DNA of 64,000 nt from positions 3,758,321-3,822,320 of the forward strand of contig JAHRHZ010000066.1 in NCBI GenBank assembly GCA_024137785.1. Reading direction: 5' to 3'. The stretch comes from Ginglymostoma cirratum (taxonomy: Eukaryota). A program made the position numbers and the translations under genes. Shown piece after piece: positions 39,713 to 50,512 of this stretch. Below the pieces are notes generated by a model that saw only the letters and a program-made list of their open reading frames with translations, ran no database searches and was not told where the DNA came from. Within the stretch, counting starts at the first letter, position 1; the number at the start of each line of letters is the position of its first letter.

Positions 39713-40779
39713 AAATGTGATGGCCAATTTGTGTAAAGCAAGATCCCATAAACATTTCTTCTATTTCTACTATCTCTCCCATAAACAACAATTCGTTCAT
39801 GACAAATTCATTTAAATCATGATAAAGAAAAGCAATGCAGTTTGAAGCATAAACACTGGCTTTGAAATTTGACAGAATTCCCCTGAATTATTTTGAACAG
39901 CATCGTGGAATGTTCTGCATCCACTAAAAAGGGCAAATGGAGACTTGGCTCAATCAAAAGACAGCACCTCCAACTATGCAGCACTTCCTCAATACAGCAG
40001 TGAAGTGCCAAGACTCAGGATTAGGACTTGAGCCCACAACCCTCTGACTCACAGGCAAAATAGCTAGCAACTGAGCCCAAGCAGAGCCAACCACTGCATT
40101 AGAGACAGTCTTTTGCCTTTCCCATATGAATTACCCAATCACTCTCGAGTGATATTAATCCGTTGAGTGCAATGGAGCAAAATATTCATTACTTCTGTAT
40201 TCATTAGTGAATTGGATGGGACTACCCAGTCTCATCTCTAACGGAATCCTTTGTGTCAACAAAGAGATTTGACTGGATGTGAATACATTTCCCAAGTTGA
40301 AAGTCCAATATGTTCAAGTTGAAAGAATTCCCAATCAAATGATACAGCTTTTTCAAAAGCTGTAGTTGTTGTCCCAACAGCAAACCATTAATCGCATCAT
40401 ATATCAGGTTCAAATTTTATGAGCCACAGTGCAAATGACCTTGTAACAAATGAATAACTTATAAAGTCTTGAAGAGGTTATTTCATCAGGATTACCGCTT
40501 TAGCAAAATACACTGAGAGAAATTTTGTGCAGATACATGGCAGCTATATTCAAATGAAGCATCTAAAAATTTCTTGAATTGTTAATAGTCTATATTAAAA
40601 GCTGCTAAGTACAATTGCCCATTAGAGCCCCTAGAAAAGCCAAATGATGGTGTTTATTCTTGTGACACTTTTGTTCTTAAAAAAAAAGGCTAAGAAATCA
40701 TTAAGGAAGTAAAGATTTCCCCATCGAAATGGGGAATTGTTTTATCATCAACTCACACTTAGTCTTGTTAACTTTTCAT

Positions 40780-41160
40780 TCCTTGTGCTTACTGACCTGT
40801 TTAACAATGTGTCAATTTTAAAATTTATGATACTTATTTTAAAATCCTTCCATATTCTTTTCCCTCATGATCTATGTGATCTTGTCTAGCCCAAACCTCT
40901 CTGCAATTTCTGTGCTTCGGACAACTTCAGGACTCATGAGTATCCACAATTAGCAGCAATATATTTAGCTGTCTAGGCACAAATCCCTGAAATTCTCTTG
41001 CTAAACGTCTGAGTTTGCACTCTTCCCTCCTATGATCAAGTTTGCAATTACCTATCCTTATACCTCCTTAGATGGTCAATGTCTTTTTCAATAAAGATGG
41101 TCCTGTGAAATGTCTTAAGATATTGTACTACTCTGAAGGTAAATGAAAATAAATCAAGAT
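40780..41160 (+). mobile_element. L2-like LINE 3' remnant
   Basis: Degenerate ...tttagctgtctaggcacaaatccctgaaattctcttgctaaac...tgatcaagttt...cctgtgaaatgtcttaaga tail, homologous to 1350-1560 and antisense to 45340-45700. Confidence 0.45.
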
Positions 41161-41414
41161 GTTGTTAAATAATGTTATTAGACCCTATGTCACTTCATTT
41201 CACATTATACTTCTGTATTTATTCTCGGACCTGAATTTTGATAACTAACTGGAATTGAAAACCTGTCTATGGAACTCTTTTCCCTCACAATGCATGGAAG
41301 CAGAGTCTAATTATTTTTAAGATGCTGTTACATAGATTGTTGAGAAGCAAGTGACAGGTTGTGAGGAGGTAGGAATGTGGAATAATCAGCTCAGCCATGC
41401 TCTTCTATCCTTAT

Positions 41415-42800
41415 GTAATAGGAGCAGAAATAATCCATTTGGCCCCTCAAAACTGCTCTGCCATTCAATAAAATCATGGGTGATATGTTTGTGTTTCAAA
41501 TTCCACGTTCCCATCTATCCCCAGTAACCACAGATTCCCCTGCCTAGTAAGTATCTATCTACAACAACAAACTAGTTGGAAAAGCTCAGCAGGTCTGGCA
41601 GCATCTGTGAAGGAAAAAACAGAGTTAATGTTTTGGGTCTGATGACCTTTCCTCTGAGGAAGGGTCACCGGACCAGAAACATTAATTCTGTTTATTCCTT
41701 AGCGGATGCTGCCAGTCCTGCTGAGCTTTTCCAGCAAGTTTGTTTTTGTTTCTGATTTACAGCATCCGCAGTTCTTTCAGCTTTTATTTAGAATCCATCT
41801 ACCTTTGTCTAAAAAGATTCAGTCATTCTGCCTCTACTGCCTTCTGAGGCAAAGAGTTCTGAATTCAGAAAGAAAACATTTCCCATTTCTGTTCGTAAAA
41901 AGGCGATCCCTAACTTTAAAACAGTGCCTCCCAGCTTTGGACTGACTCGCAAGAGGAAACATCTATTTTATATCTCTCTAATCAAAACCACTCAGGATTT
42001 TATACATTTGAATCAAGTCACTCCTCACTCTTCCAGTGGAAACAAGCCCAGCCTGTGCAACCCTTCCTCATAAGACAACCTGCTCATTCCAGGTATCTAT
42101 CCAGTAAACCTCCTCTGAACCATTTCTGATGCATTTACATCCTTTCTTAAGTAAGGAGGCCAATACTGCACACTGTATTCAAGATGTGGTCTCACCAATA
42201 TCCTGTATGAATGAAACATAACATTCTGACCTTTATGGTCAACTCCTTTTCTAATAAATAATAGCATCTTATTAACCTTCCTAACTGCATGTCATACCTG
42301 CATACTGATGTTTTGCGACTCATGTACCAGACCACTTAAATTCCTCTGCACTTCAGAATTCTGCCACTCATCTTTTGCGAAGTTATATGCTTTTATCTTA
42401 CATCTGATGCTTTCCCTAACTTCCTTAGTTAACCAGAGATGGTGGGTCCTCCTTTTAGAATTTTTCTTTATAGTTGGGAATATAGCTATTCTGAGTACTC
42501 TAAAATATCGCCTGAAATGCCTGCCACTGTGTCGCTATCTATCTCCTTGCTGGAGTGCCAGTTCACTTCAGCTAACTCAGCTTCCTTGCCCACATAGTTG
42601 TCCTTACTTAGGTTTGAAAGACAGTCTTAGACCCAATCTTGGCCTTTTTGTGAACTGGATGTAAATATTCCATCATTTTGTTATTACTGCTACCTAGATG
42701 TGTCTTAAGTCTGGGTCATTAATTAGTCTTGTCCCATTGCACAATTCCAAGGCTAATATAATCTGCTGTCTGGTTGGCTCCAAAACATATTACTCTAAAG
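41415..42800 (-). mobile_element. CR1 LINE fragment (tail-to-tail with a + strand CR1 tail at 41260-41410), interrupted at 41563-41789
   Basis: taggagcagaaataatccatttggcccctc is the antisense tail; tcaagatgtggtctcaccaa is antisense LVRPHLE. Confidence 0.8.
41550..41802 (+). mobile_element. Palindromic family B Penelope-derived element with hammerhead core and degenerate 13-bp TSD
   Basis: TSD agtatctatctac / agaatccatctac. Inverted arms flank CTGAGGA-a-GGGTC-accg-GACCa-GAAACATTA (41654-41684). Confidence 0.85.
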
Positions 42801-43149
42801 GAACTCTCAAAAGCACTGTATGAACTCCTCATCTGATTGAATAGCAAAGCAAACTCAAGGAGCCGAGTGGCCTGCTCCTTGTTTGTATGTTTGAAATCAA
42901 TTTTGCAGAATCCAGTTGCTTTTAAAAATATTACCTGGGATGGGAGCATTTTTATTTTCCAAAGTGATTGCAAGAAGAACCAATGTCACTCACCAAGTTC
43001 ACCTGGAGAGTTGATATCATTTATTAATTTCACTAATGGAGGAAATTACACAGTAAATTCATATGGAGCCACAATTCCACTCATTAATTTTGATGCAGAA
43101 GCAAATGTATTGAATTTTTAATCGTGCAATGTATGTTCATAACCAAGTA

Positions 43150-44722
43150 AATGACTCAGCAAATTCACACAAACAATCATACTAAATTTACACAGTCACA
43201 GTCAACCTCAGCAATTCCACAAATGCAGTCTAACACCTAAAGCAGGTTCAGGAATAGAGGCACAGATGCTCAGCAAATTCACACATCATCTCACTCTCCA
43301 AGCATATATCAGGAGGCAGTTACCATCAGCAATTTTCAAAAACGGAGACAAACTTACTCAGCAAATTTACCTGAACAGACAACCATACTTGGCAAGTTTG
43401 CAGAGGCAATTTACTAAAGAAAATTCAGAAACAGAGGTAACAGCACTCAAGCTGTTCAGACACAGACTCAATCAAATCTGGGAAAAGCTGCAAACACATA
43501 GCAGCTACAGAGACAACAGTGAGTTAACCCTTCTGATGTGAACCTTTTGCCAAAATTGTGCTCTGATCATTTAACAATGGAGACTATTTTAACCCAACCT
43601 TGCCTGGGAGGAAAATGGTATCAACTATCCAATTAACACTTACCTGATTTTATGTTGCAATTATGTCATATAAAAAATTGACATTTATATTGCACCTTGC
43701 CTGATCTAGAATCTCAGAATGGGCACAGCACAAAAGGAAGCCATTTGGCCCATCATGTCAGTGCTCTCTGAAAAAGCAGCCCAGCTAGTCTTGCTCCTCA
43801 TCAAGACATAGCATTTCATCTGGTTATGTACCTTGTGACTGTTGTAGTAAATCAAAAATGTGGATGCCAAATTGAGCACTGAAGGCTTCCACAAAGTGTG
43901 TTATGAAAGGACGAGATGATCTGTTTTGTGGTGGTGTGAACAGAGGAATAATTGTTCACTAGGAATGTGAAGTTGGGCCAAGTGTTGAACAAAAAGTGAC
44001 AGTTCAGATCTCAGTAGTTTCCCGTCAGGAGAAAATTAACTTTTAACTTTTGCTCTGTCTGACCCATGTTTTTGCAGCATTTTCCATTTGTGCTTCAAAT
44101 TTCTAGCATCTGCACATGTTGCTTTTTGTTCACAGTCAGTGCCAGCAAGTTCACAAGCAGAGGCAGTGATACTCAGCAAATTCGCATAAAAAGACAAAAC
44201 CACAACAGCAGATTCACACACAGATAGACAATCATAGAAAACAAGTTCACGTGGAGAGGCAATCAGATGCAGCAAGTTCACAGAGGACATCACACTCTGC
44301 AAGATTACACACAAATACACCCAGCAAGTTCACACACACATGTAGGTAGTGATTCCCAGCAAGTTCAAACACACTCATCAATATGAGATGGAGAGGCAAT
44401 CACACTCAGCAGGTTCAGCTGGAGAAGTAATGGTATTCAATAATGTCACCAAGAAGCAATTGCAGGAATTTCAGATGGAAGAGCAATCAGACTCATCAAG
44501 TTCATACTCAGAGCTATTACTCTTGGCAATATCTCATACAGCGGCAATCACACTCAGTAACTCACTGGATTTTATACAAGATGCAGTGGCTTAAACAATG
44601 ACCACAACTGGCAAGTTCAAAGGCAGGCACAGAGCTCAGCCAGTGGTAATCCTACTCGTCAAATATACACATATAAGACATACTCAGGAAATTTACACAC
44701 TGAGATAATCATGTTCAGCAAG

Positions 44723-44730
<8 letters not shown>
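43150..44730 (+). repeat. Degenerate ~31-bp tandem array (consensus approx. CAGCAAGTTCACAyrGAGAGGCAATCACACT) in two blocks, 43150-43500 and 44140-44730
   Basis: The core recurs at 44143, 44174, 44206, 44239, 44270, 44297, 44322, 44357, 44407 and onward, and at 43157, 43271, 43327, 43359. Confidence 0.75.

Positions 44731-44773
<43 letters not shown>
44725..44773. repeat. (CA)n microsatellite, about 24 units
   Basis: Perfect CA run grown from the ...ttcacac end of an array unit. Confidence 0.95.
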
Positions 44774-44775
<2 letters not shown>

Positions 44776-44811
44776 GCAGTCAAATGCCACCACTGAACAG
44801 ATTTATAGAAG

Positions 44812-45110
44812 GGGTTGGCTCGGTGGCTCAGTGGTTAGCATTGCTGCCTCACATCACCAGGGACCCAGTTTTGATTCCACCCTTGGGCAACTGCCTGTGT
44901 AGAGTTTGCACATTCTCCCCTTGTCTGCATGGGTTTCCTCCAGGTGTTCCCATTTGCTCCCACAGTCCAAAGGTTAGGCAGATTGGACATGCTAAATTGC
45001 CCATAGTGTTCAGGGATGTGTAGATTTGGTGGGTTATAGGGGAATGGTTCTGGGACAGTGTGGACTTGTTGGGCCAAAGGGCCCGTTTCCACACTGTAGG
45101 GATTCTATGA
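44812..45110 (+). mobile_element. tRNA-derived SINE (HE1-like)
   Basis: ggtggctcagtggttagcattgctgcctcac head, tttgcacattctcccc body, and CR1-like tail gggccaaagggcccgtttccacactgtagggattctatga. Confidence 0.9.
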
Positions 45111-45339
45111 TGAAGAGACAATGATTTTAAAGATTAAAATGGGCAAAGTCTTACACAAATAAAATAAGACTCAGTGAGTTCACATAGATCAGCAATCATG
45201 TTCCTCAAGTTCATGTCATGATAACCTTATGGAATGAAATACCCTGAAATGTTCTATTTTTGACTGTGATCTAATCTGGAAATGTCTCCTTTCATTAGTT
45301 CATGGTAGTTAGGTGTTAAACAGCCTTTTATTCAACGTA

Positions 45340-46200
45340 AGCTTATATTTACATTGCTGCATTTGTAAAAACTCCAAAATGTTTCATGGAAACGTTGCCA
45401 AAAATAATTGATACCAAGCCACATTAGGGAATTGTAGGAGAAGGGTGGATTTTCAGAAGCATCCTAAAGGAGGAAAGAAGGCTTGATGGGTTTCAAGGCA
45501 AGGTGTTTAAGGCACTTAGATCCAGGCATCTCGAGACACAGCAAAACAGTGAAACCATTAAGATTGGGTTGAGAAACAAGGTCAGAAAAGATATGGGGCT
45601 GGAAGAAGTTATAGAGATAGAAAGAGAAGAGATTATTGAAGGATTTAAAACAAGGATGATAAATTTAAAACTAAGGCATATCTGGATTTAGAGCCAATAT
45701 AGAGCAGTGAGTACAGATGTGATGGGTGAGAGGGGTTCAATGTGATTTTGGAATCGGGCAGCAGAAGTTTGGATTTGCTCAAGTTTATGTAGGGAAGAGA
45801 ATTGAAGGAGACAAATCTAGAGCGAACAAAGGCTTGAATGAAAGCTTCATTTAACACATAACCTGATGCTCGGGGCAAAGTCTGAAGATGTTATTGAGAT
45901 TGATATCAGTGATTTTGGTCAATGAACAGATGTATGATTGGCAGCTCAGCTTGGGGTTAAATATGACAATAAGTCAATACATTGTTTGGGGTTCAGCCTT
46001 AATCTGTTGTTGGGGAGAAGAATGAAGTTGGTGACTAAGGAATGGAGTTTCTGGCTGGAATGAACACTATATCTTTGGTTTTCCAAATATTTATTTGGAG
46101 GAAATAGACGCTCATCAAATAATGGGTGATAATGAAGAAACAGTGATGGGGTCAAGACAGTTGACAGTGAAATAGCGCTGATGACTTCAGTGTACATGTG
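45340..46200 (-). mobile_element. L2-like LINE remnant (related pieces at 4790-5220 and 47620-48000)
   Basis: Shared motifs tgataccaagccaca...gg(a)atttgaaaacaagrat.aa(a)ttt among the three loci; tcagtgtacatgtg is antisense to an RT HMY.DD-like motif. Confidence 0.5.
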
Positions 46201-46299
46201 AAACCAGCTATGTTACAGCTGAGATGTTAAACTGAAGCCATCTCTGTCCTCTTTACTGCGCGTAAAAGAATACCCGCACTATTTAGAAACACTACAGAA

Positions 46300-46645
46300 A
46301 AAGTAGGCCTGCTCCATCATTCATGCTGATCCTCAACCTCAATGCACTACCCCCACATCCCTTGATGTTATAAATATCTAGAAATCTATCAATCTCTAGT
46401 TTAAACATGCTCAATGATTGGGAATCTACAATCCTCTAGGGTAGAGAATTCCAAAGATTCACTAATCTCCGAGTGAAAACCATTCATCTTAGGCCTGAAT
46501 GATATGCCACTTAGTCTGAGATTATGTTCCCTGGTGCCAGATCGCTTAGCCAGGAGAAGCACTCTTTCTGCATCTGTCTGTCTAGCTCCTTAAGAATTTT
46601 GTGTGTTTCAATAGAATGACCTCTCATTCTTCCAAACGCCAGTGA
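46300..46645 (-). mobile_element. Old CR1 3' fragment
   Basis: ctctagggtagagaattccaaagattcact is the antisense of VNLWNSLP. Confidence 0.7.
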
Positions 46646-49110
46646 ATGTAAGCCCAATCTCTTGGAAATGGAGGAAAGGTAAGGAATTTCCCTCTATATC
46701 TTGCTTAGCATTTATTCTTCAACTAGTACCTAAAACACATCATCCTGTCAGTTAATAAATTGCTGTTTGTGCAGTCTTGTTGCGTGCAATTTGGCTGCCA
46801 TATTTCCAACATTACAACAATGACCACACTTCATTACTATATTGGCTGCAAAGGTCATTGAGATCTCTTGCGGTAATAAAACAGAACTATAAAAATGCAA
46901 GCCCTCCCTTTTTTTTCTGTCCACTGTCCATCAGAGACCTTCACGAACTGTCTGGAATCTCTGAAGATTATGAGTTTAAAACATTTAGCTCCATAAATGG
47001 TGAGGAAAAATAAATTGATCCACTATATTCCAAAATACTGCAATTCTTGTTTATCATAGGAGTGAAGTAAAGATTATTTATGATCAAGCGAGGAGCTAGC
47101 CAAGTTGACCTACTGTAAAAAATTATGCTGTGTTACCTCTACAATTCATTCGTTCACAATTAAAGTCTAAGATGAAATCCAGTATCCTCACACCTACTGA
47201 AAACAAGGAGGATCCCAAAGTCAGGTAATTTGATTGCCTGAAATGGACTCACTTTCTAAGCTGGACATTGGGAATTTTTGCCCATTATCACTTTTTGGGG
47301 CATAGAAAATAAGTGCCAACCTCACAACAAGAATCCTAAAGCACAGGCATTCAAACTTCCCCTGTTTGAGAGAAGGAATGAAAAGAAACTCAAATATACC
47401 ACATGGTAATCACTCACAGCAAGTTTACACACTGTACAATCACATTTGTTAACTCACTGGATTTACCACCAGGGAGTGTTTTCGAAGCTCGCTAAACTTG
47501 CCGAGACGCTGCTATTGTTAGAGGATGCTGCAACTTTTCAGGTATTCGTAATGATTAAAATATTATATCCTTCTCAAAATAACAGTTCCATCCAATGAAG
47601 TACCCTCCTCTAATAATGACAACGTGTATGTATATAGGCCTTTAGTGTAATAAAATCTCCCAAGACATATCATAGGAACATAACCAAGTTTGACGCAGAA
47701 CCACAAAGAATATTAGGACAAGTGACTAAAAGTGTGATTGGCAAGATACATTCCAAGAAACATCTTGAAAAAGAAGTGGAGAGATTTCAGGAGGATATGA
47801 AAAAGCCAAGGGCTCAGGCAGCTGAAGGCACAGCCGTCAACATTGGAGTGATTAGAATTAGGAATATGCAAGAATTGGAGGAGTACAGAGATCTTGGATG
47901 GTGAACAACCTGGAAAAGATTATATATTTAGGAAAGGATGAGGCTATGGAGGAATTTGAAAACAAGAATGTGAATTTTAACATGCGCTGTGCTTAGCCAG
48001 GATCTTGATCTTGATCCCTTTACCTTTTCCTTCTGGTTATACTTGGACTTCCTCAGGTTAACAGCATGATTACACAAACCATCTTACTTCCATGATGAAG
48101 ATTTAAATCTGTATAAAAGGAACATGTTTGTCTAATTATCTGATGTTTGTTGGCAAACCTTTGTGAGGTTCGTGGGCAAATCTCAACCAACCCTAATGGG
48201 ATTATAACTTGAACAAGTTGCACTTCATAGATAAGTTGATATCTAGGCATTATTTCCGGTAGGATCTTCTTTGGGCACATTTGCTGTTATGAATCCTTCT
48301 AATACTCACCTACAGGATTTATATATATAAAGTGGTGAAGGATTAACAACTAATAAGTCATCAGCAGAACAGGAACGTACTTGAGAAACAAGACATATAT
48401 TAACAAATAATGGTAAAACAGCAGATTATGTTAGCTTAAGACTGGTTAATTACATGAACAAAAAATGAAAAATATTGCAATCCCCTGTGAGGTAGTAACT
48501 GAGTTGATGCTACATGGCAATAGACTGTAGAACAGAACAACGAATAATGTGCGGCAGGATCAACCAAGAATTGACTTGAACTGTTTAGTTGCTGACAGAC
48601 ACAGTTATTTATATGTCAAATGGACAAGCAATTCCAAACCTTCTGAGTTAACCATTTGAGGCAAATTGGCTTATACAACACTCCACAATGATATTATAAT
48701 TCAGCCATGCTTTGATAAAACTTAGCCTTCCTTCTCAAGAAAGAATACTACAAATTTACACCATATATTCCCAAACTTATTTGAAATTTTATTTTTTTCT
48801 GATTGTATTTGAATTATGCAAGCTGGTCTCTGAGACACTGGGGGGGTTGATCTTAGTTTTTGCTGCTTTTGTGTCAATTGTATCACGTTCTCACAGCGAG
48901 GCCTGATGAGTTTTCTTACCGAATCTTACCAAGCTTGCTTCATTAACTTACATCAGATTCTATCCCCATCTTACCATGTGCTGCTCCTGGGAGAACTTGC
49001 CACTGATCAGATATCCCAAAATTGACTGGTATCTCCCGTGTAGCACCATCCTTAAAAGCCCATTGTGTACCCAGACAAGCACTGTCACCTGGAGTTGCTC
49101 TTCATGGTTC

Positions 49111-49345
49111 ATGACAATTGCCCTGGACGTGGGGAAATTGACTCCCCATTTTGGGGTTAGGTACCTGGAGGCCCTTCTGGGCAGACTGGTACACAGGCAG
49201 AATTTCCACTTCTGCAGGACCAGCAGTGTAGGCCATGATACTACACCTTAGCCTGAAGTTGCCTCCCAGGTCATTTCGGTCTCAGCTATTTAGAGGAATG
49301 CACAGTAATGTGGGAAGAAGGTCAATTACCTCCTCCATTTCACCC
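49111..49345 (+). pseudogene. Decayed Myb/SANT-like (NAIF1/MSANTD-type) DNA-binding ORF of a PIF/Harbinger transposon
   Basis: KLTPHFGVRYLEALLGRLVHRQ is followed, after a frameshift, by EVASQVISVSAI*RNAQ*CGKKVNYLLH. This matches the trihelix pattern PRF....LE.L....  W.EVA..V.A.S...R...QC.KK.NDL. Confidence 0.6.
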
Positions 49346-50365
49346 ACCTAAGTGCCACCATCTTCTCTCAAATACCTCACATTTTCTTTATTTCTGCTAC
49401 TGTAGCTATCTCCCAAGATCTATCACGCTCACTATTGCCTGCAACGTCTTCCAACATTCATTGCCATCCACACTAACCCTGACACCACTAATCCTGCGTG
49501 CCCTCTGGCCTGACTACTCAAACACTTGAGACATCTCCTGACATGCACCAAAAATAACAGCTGTCTCACCCATTTTCATCTTCCTTAATACCTACCTATC
49601 CCATTCCAAGACAAAAACGACCCATGACAGTGGAGAAGGTTCTGGATTGGTGATAGGTTGTCCAGCATTTGGCTCTTGACCCCTTACAAGTATTTCTGCT
49701 GTAATGCGTGCTTTGTAACATGAATTGGCTGCAATGTGATTGATGAATTGTGCACGCTGTTTGGATAACGCAAACTTTCTGCTGCATAGGTATATGATTT
49801 TTGTCTAGCGATTTCCCGATAACAAGAAATTCTATAGCGTGAGGTCTCACAAGAATGCAACCATCACACTATAGGAGAACTACCTGTACGTGAATAGCAT
49901 CCTAACTCTGATGACCCCAAACTGACTGACTGTGTGCAAACCTCTAGACTGTACTGGAGTTTAGCCTTGATTTACTGTGTCAGGAGACCCTGAGTTAAGT
50001 CTACCTCCTTCAACTTGACTGACAACCATGACATGCTTCCTGGATTTGTGTCTGTGCGTACTGGAAAGGCCATTGCAGCAGTGCTGTGAGCCTGGTGTCT
50101 CAGCCTGAGGGAGTTATAGGGCAAAAAGACAAGGCAAGACAATGCAAGGCAGGGATGCTGTGAGCATCTAGCTAGCGTTACAAAACGAAGACCGACAGCC
50201 GATGCAAATCAACCTTTCTACCTCTGTGTTTGCAACACAGTGAAATTAAACTGTTGAAGACCACCAATAATTATTCCAATGGTTCCTAACCAGACTTTTG
50301 AATCAGCAATCCCAGACTTTATGAATAAAACCTTGGAGAGCAGGTTCATAGTTCCTCCAAAGTAG

Positions 50366-50512
50366 AGGTTAGCCATTTCTGATGAAGGGTTTAGGCCCGA
50401 AACGTCAAGTTTTCCTGCTCCTATGATGCTGCTTGACCTGCTGTGTTCATCCAGCCCCATGCTTGTTATCTCGGATTCTCCAGCATCTGCAGTACCTTTT
50501 ATCCCAGGTTAG
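50366..50512 (+). mobile_element. Young family A Penelope-derived monomer with intact hammerhead core and 7-bp TSD
   Basis: TSD aggttag at 50366-50372 and 50506-50512. Core CTGATGA at 50379-50385 and GAAACGTC at 50399-50406. About 105 nt downstream are identical to the copy at 16098-16206. Confidence 0.9.
50375..50411 (+). ncRNA. Minimal type I hammerhead ribozyme motif (predicted cleavage after C50406)
   Basis: auuu CUGAUGA a gggu-uuag-gccc GAAA CG UC^ aagu; all core nucleotides are present. Confidence 0.75.

Noticed and set aside
43150-44730. CRISPR-like repeat/spacer appearance of the ~31-bp array
   Set aside because: The apparent spacers are homologous to each other, the repeats are degenerate, there are no cas genes, and the context is a vertebrate genome. 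It is a minisatellite.
44711-44902. His/Thr-repeat ORF
   Set aside because: Translation of the (CA)n microsatellite running into a SINE.
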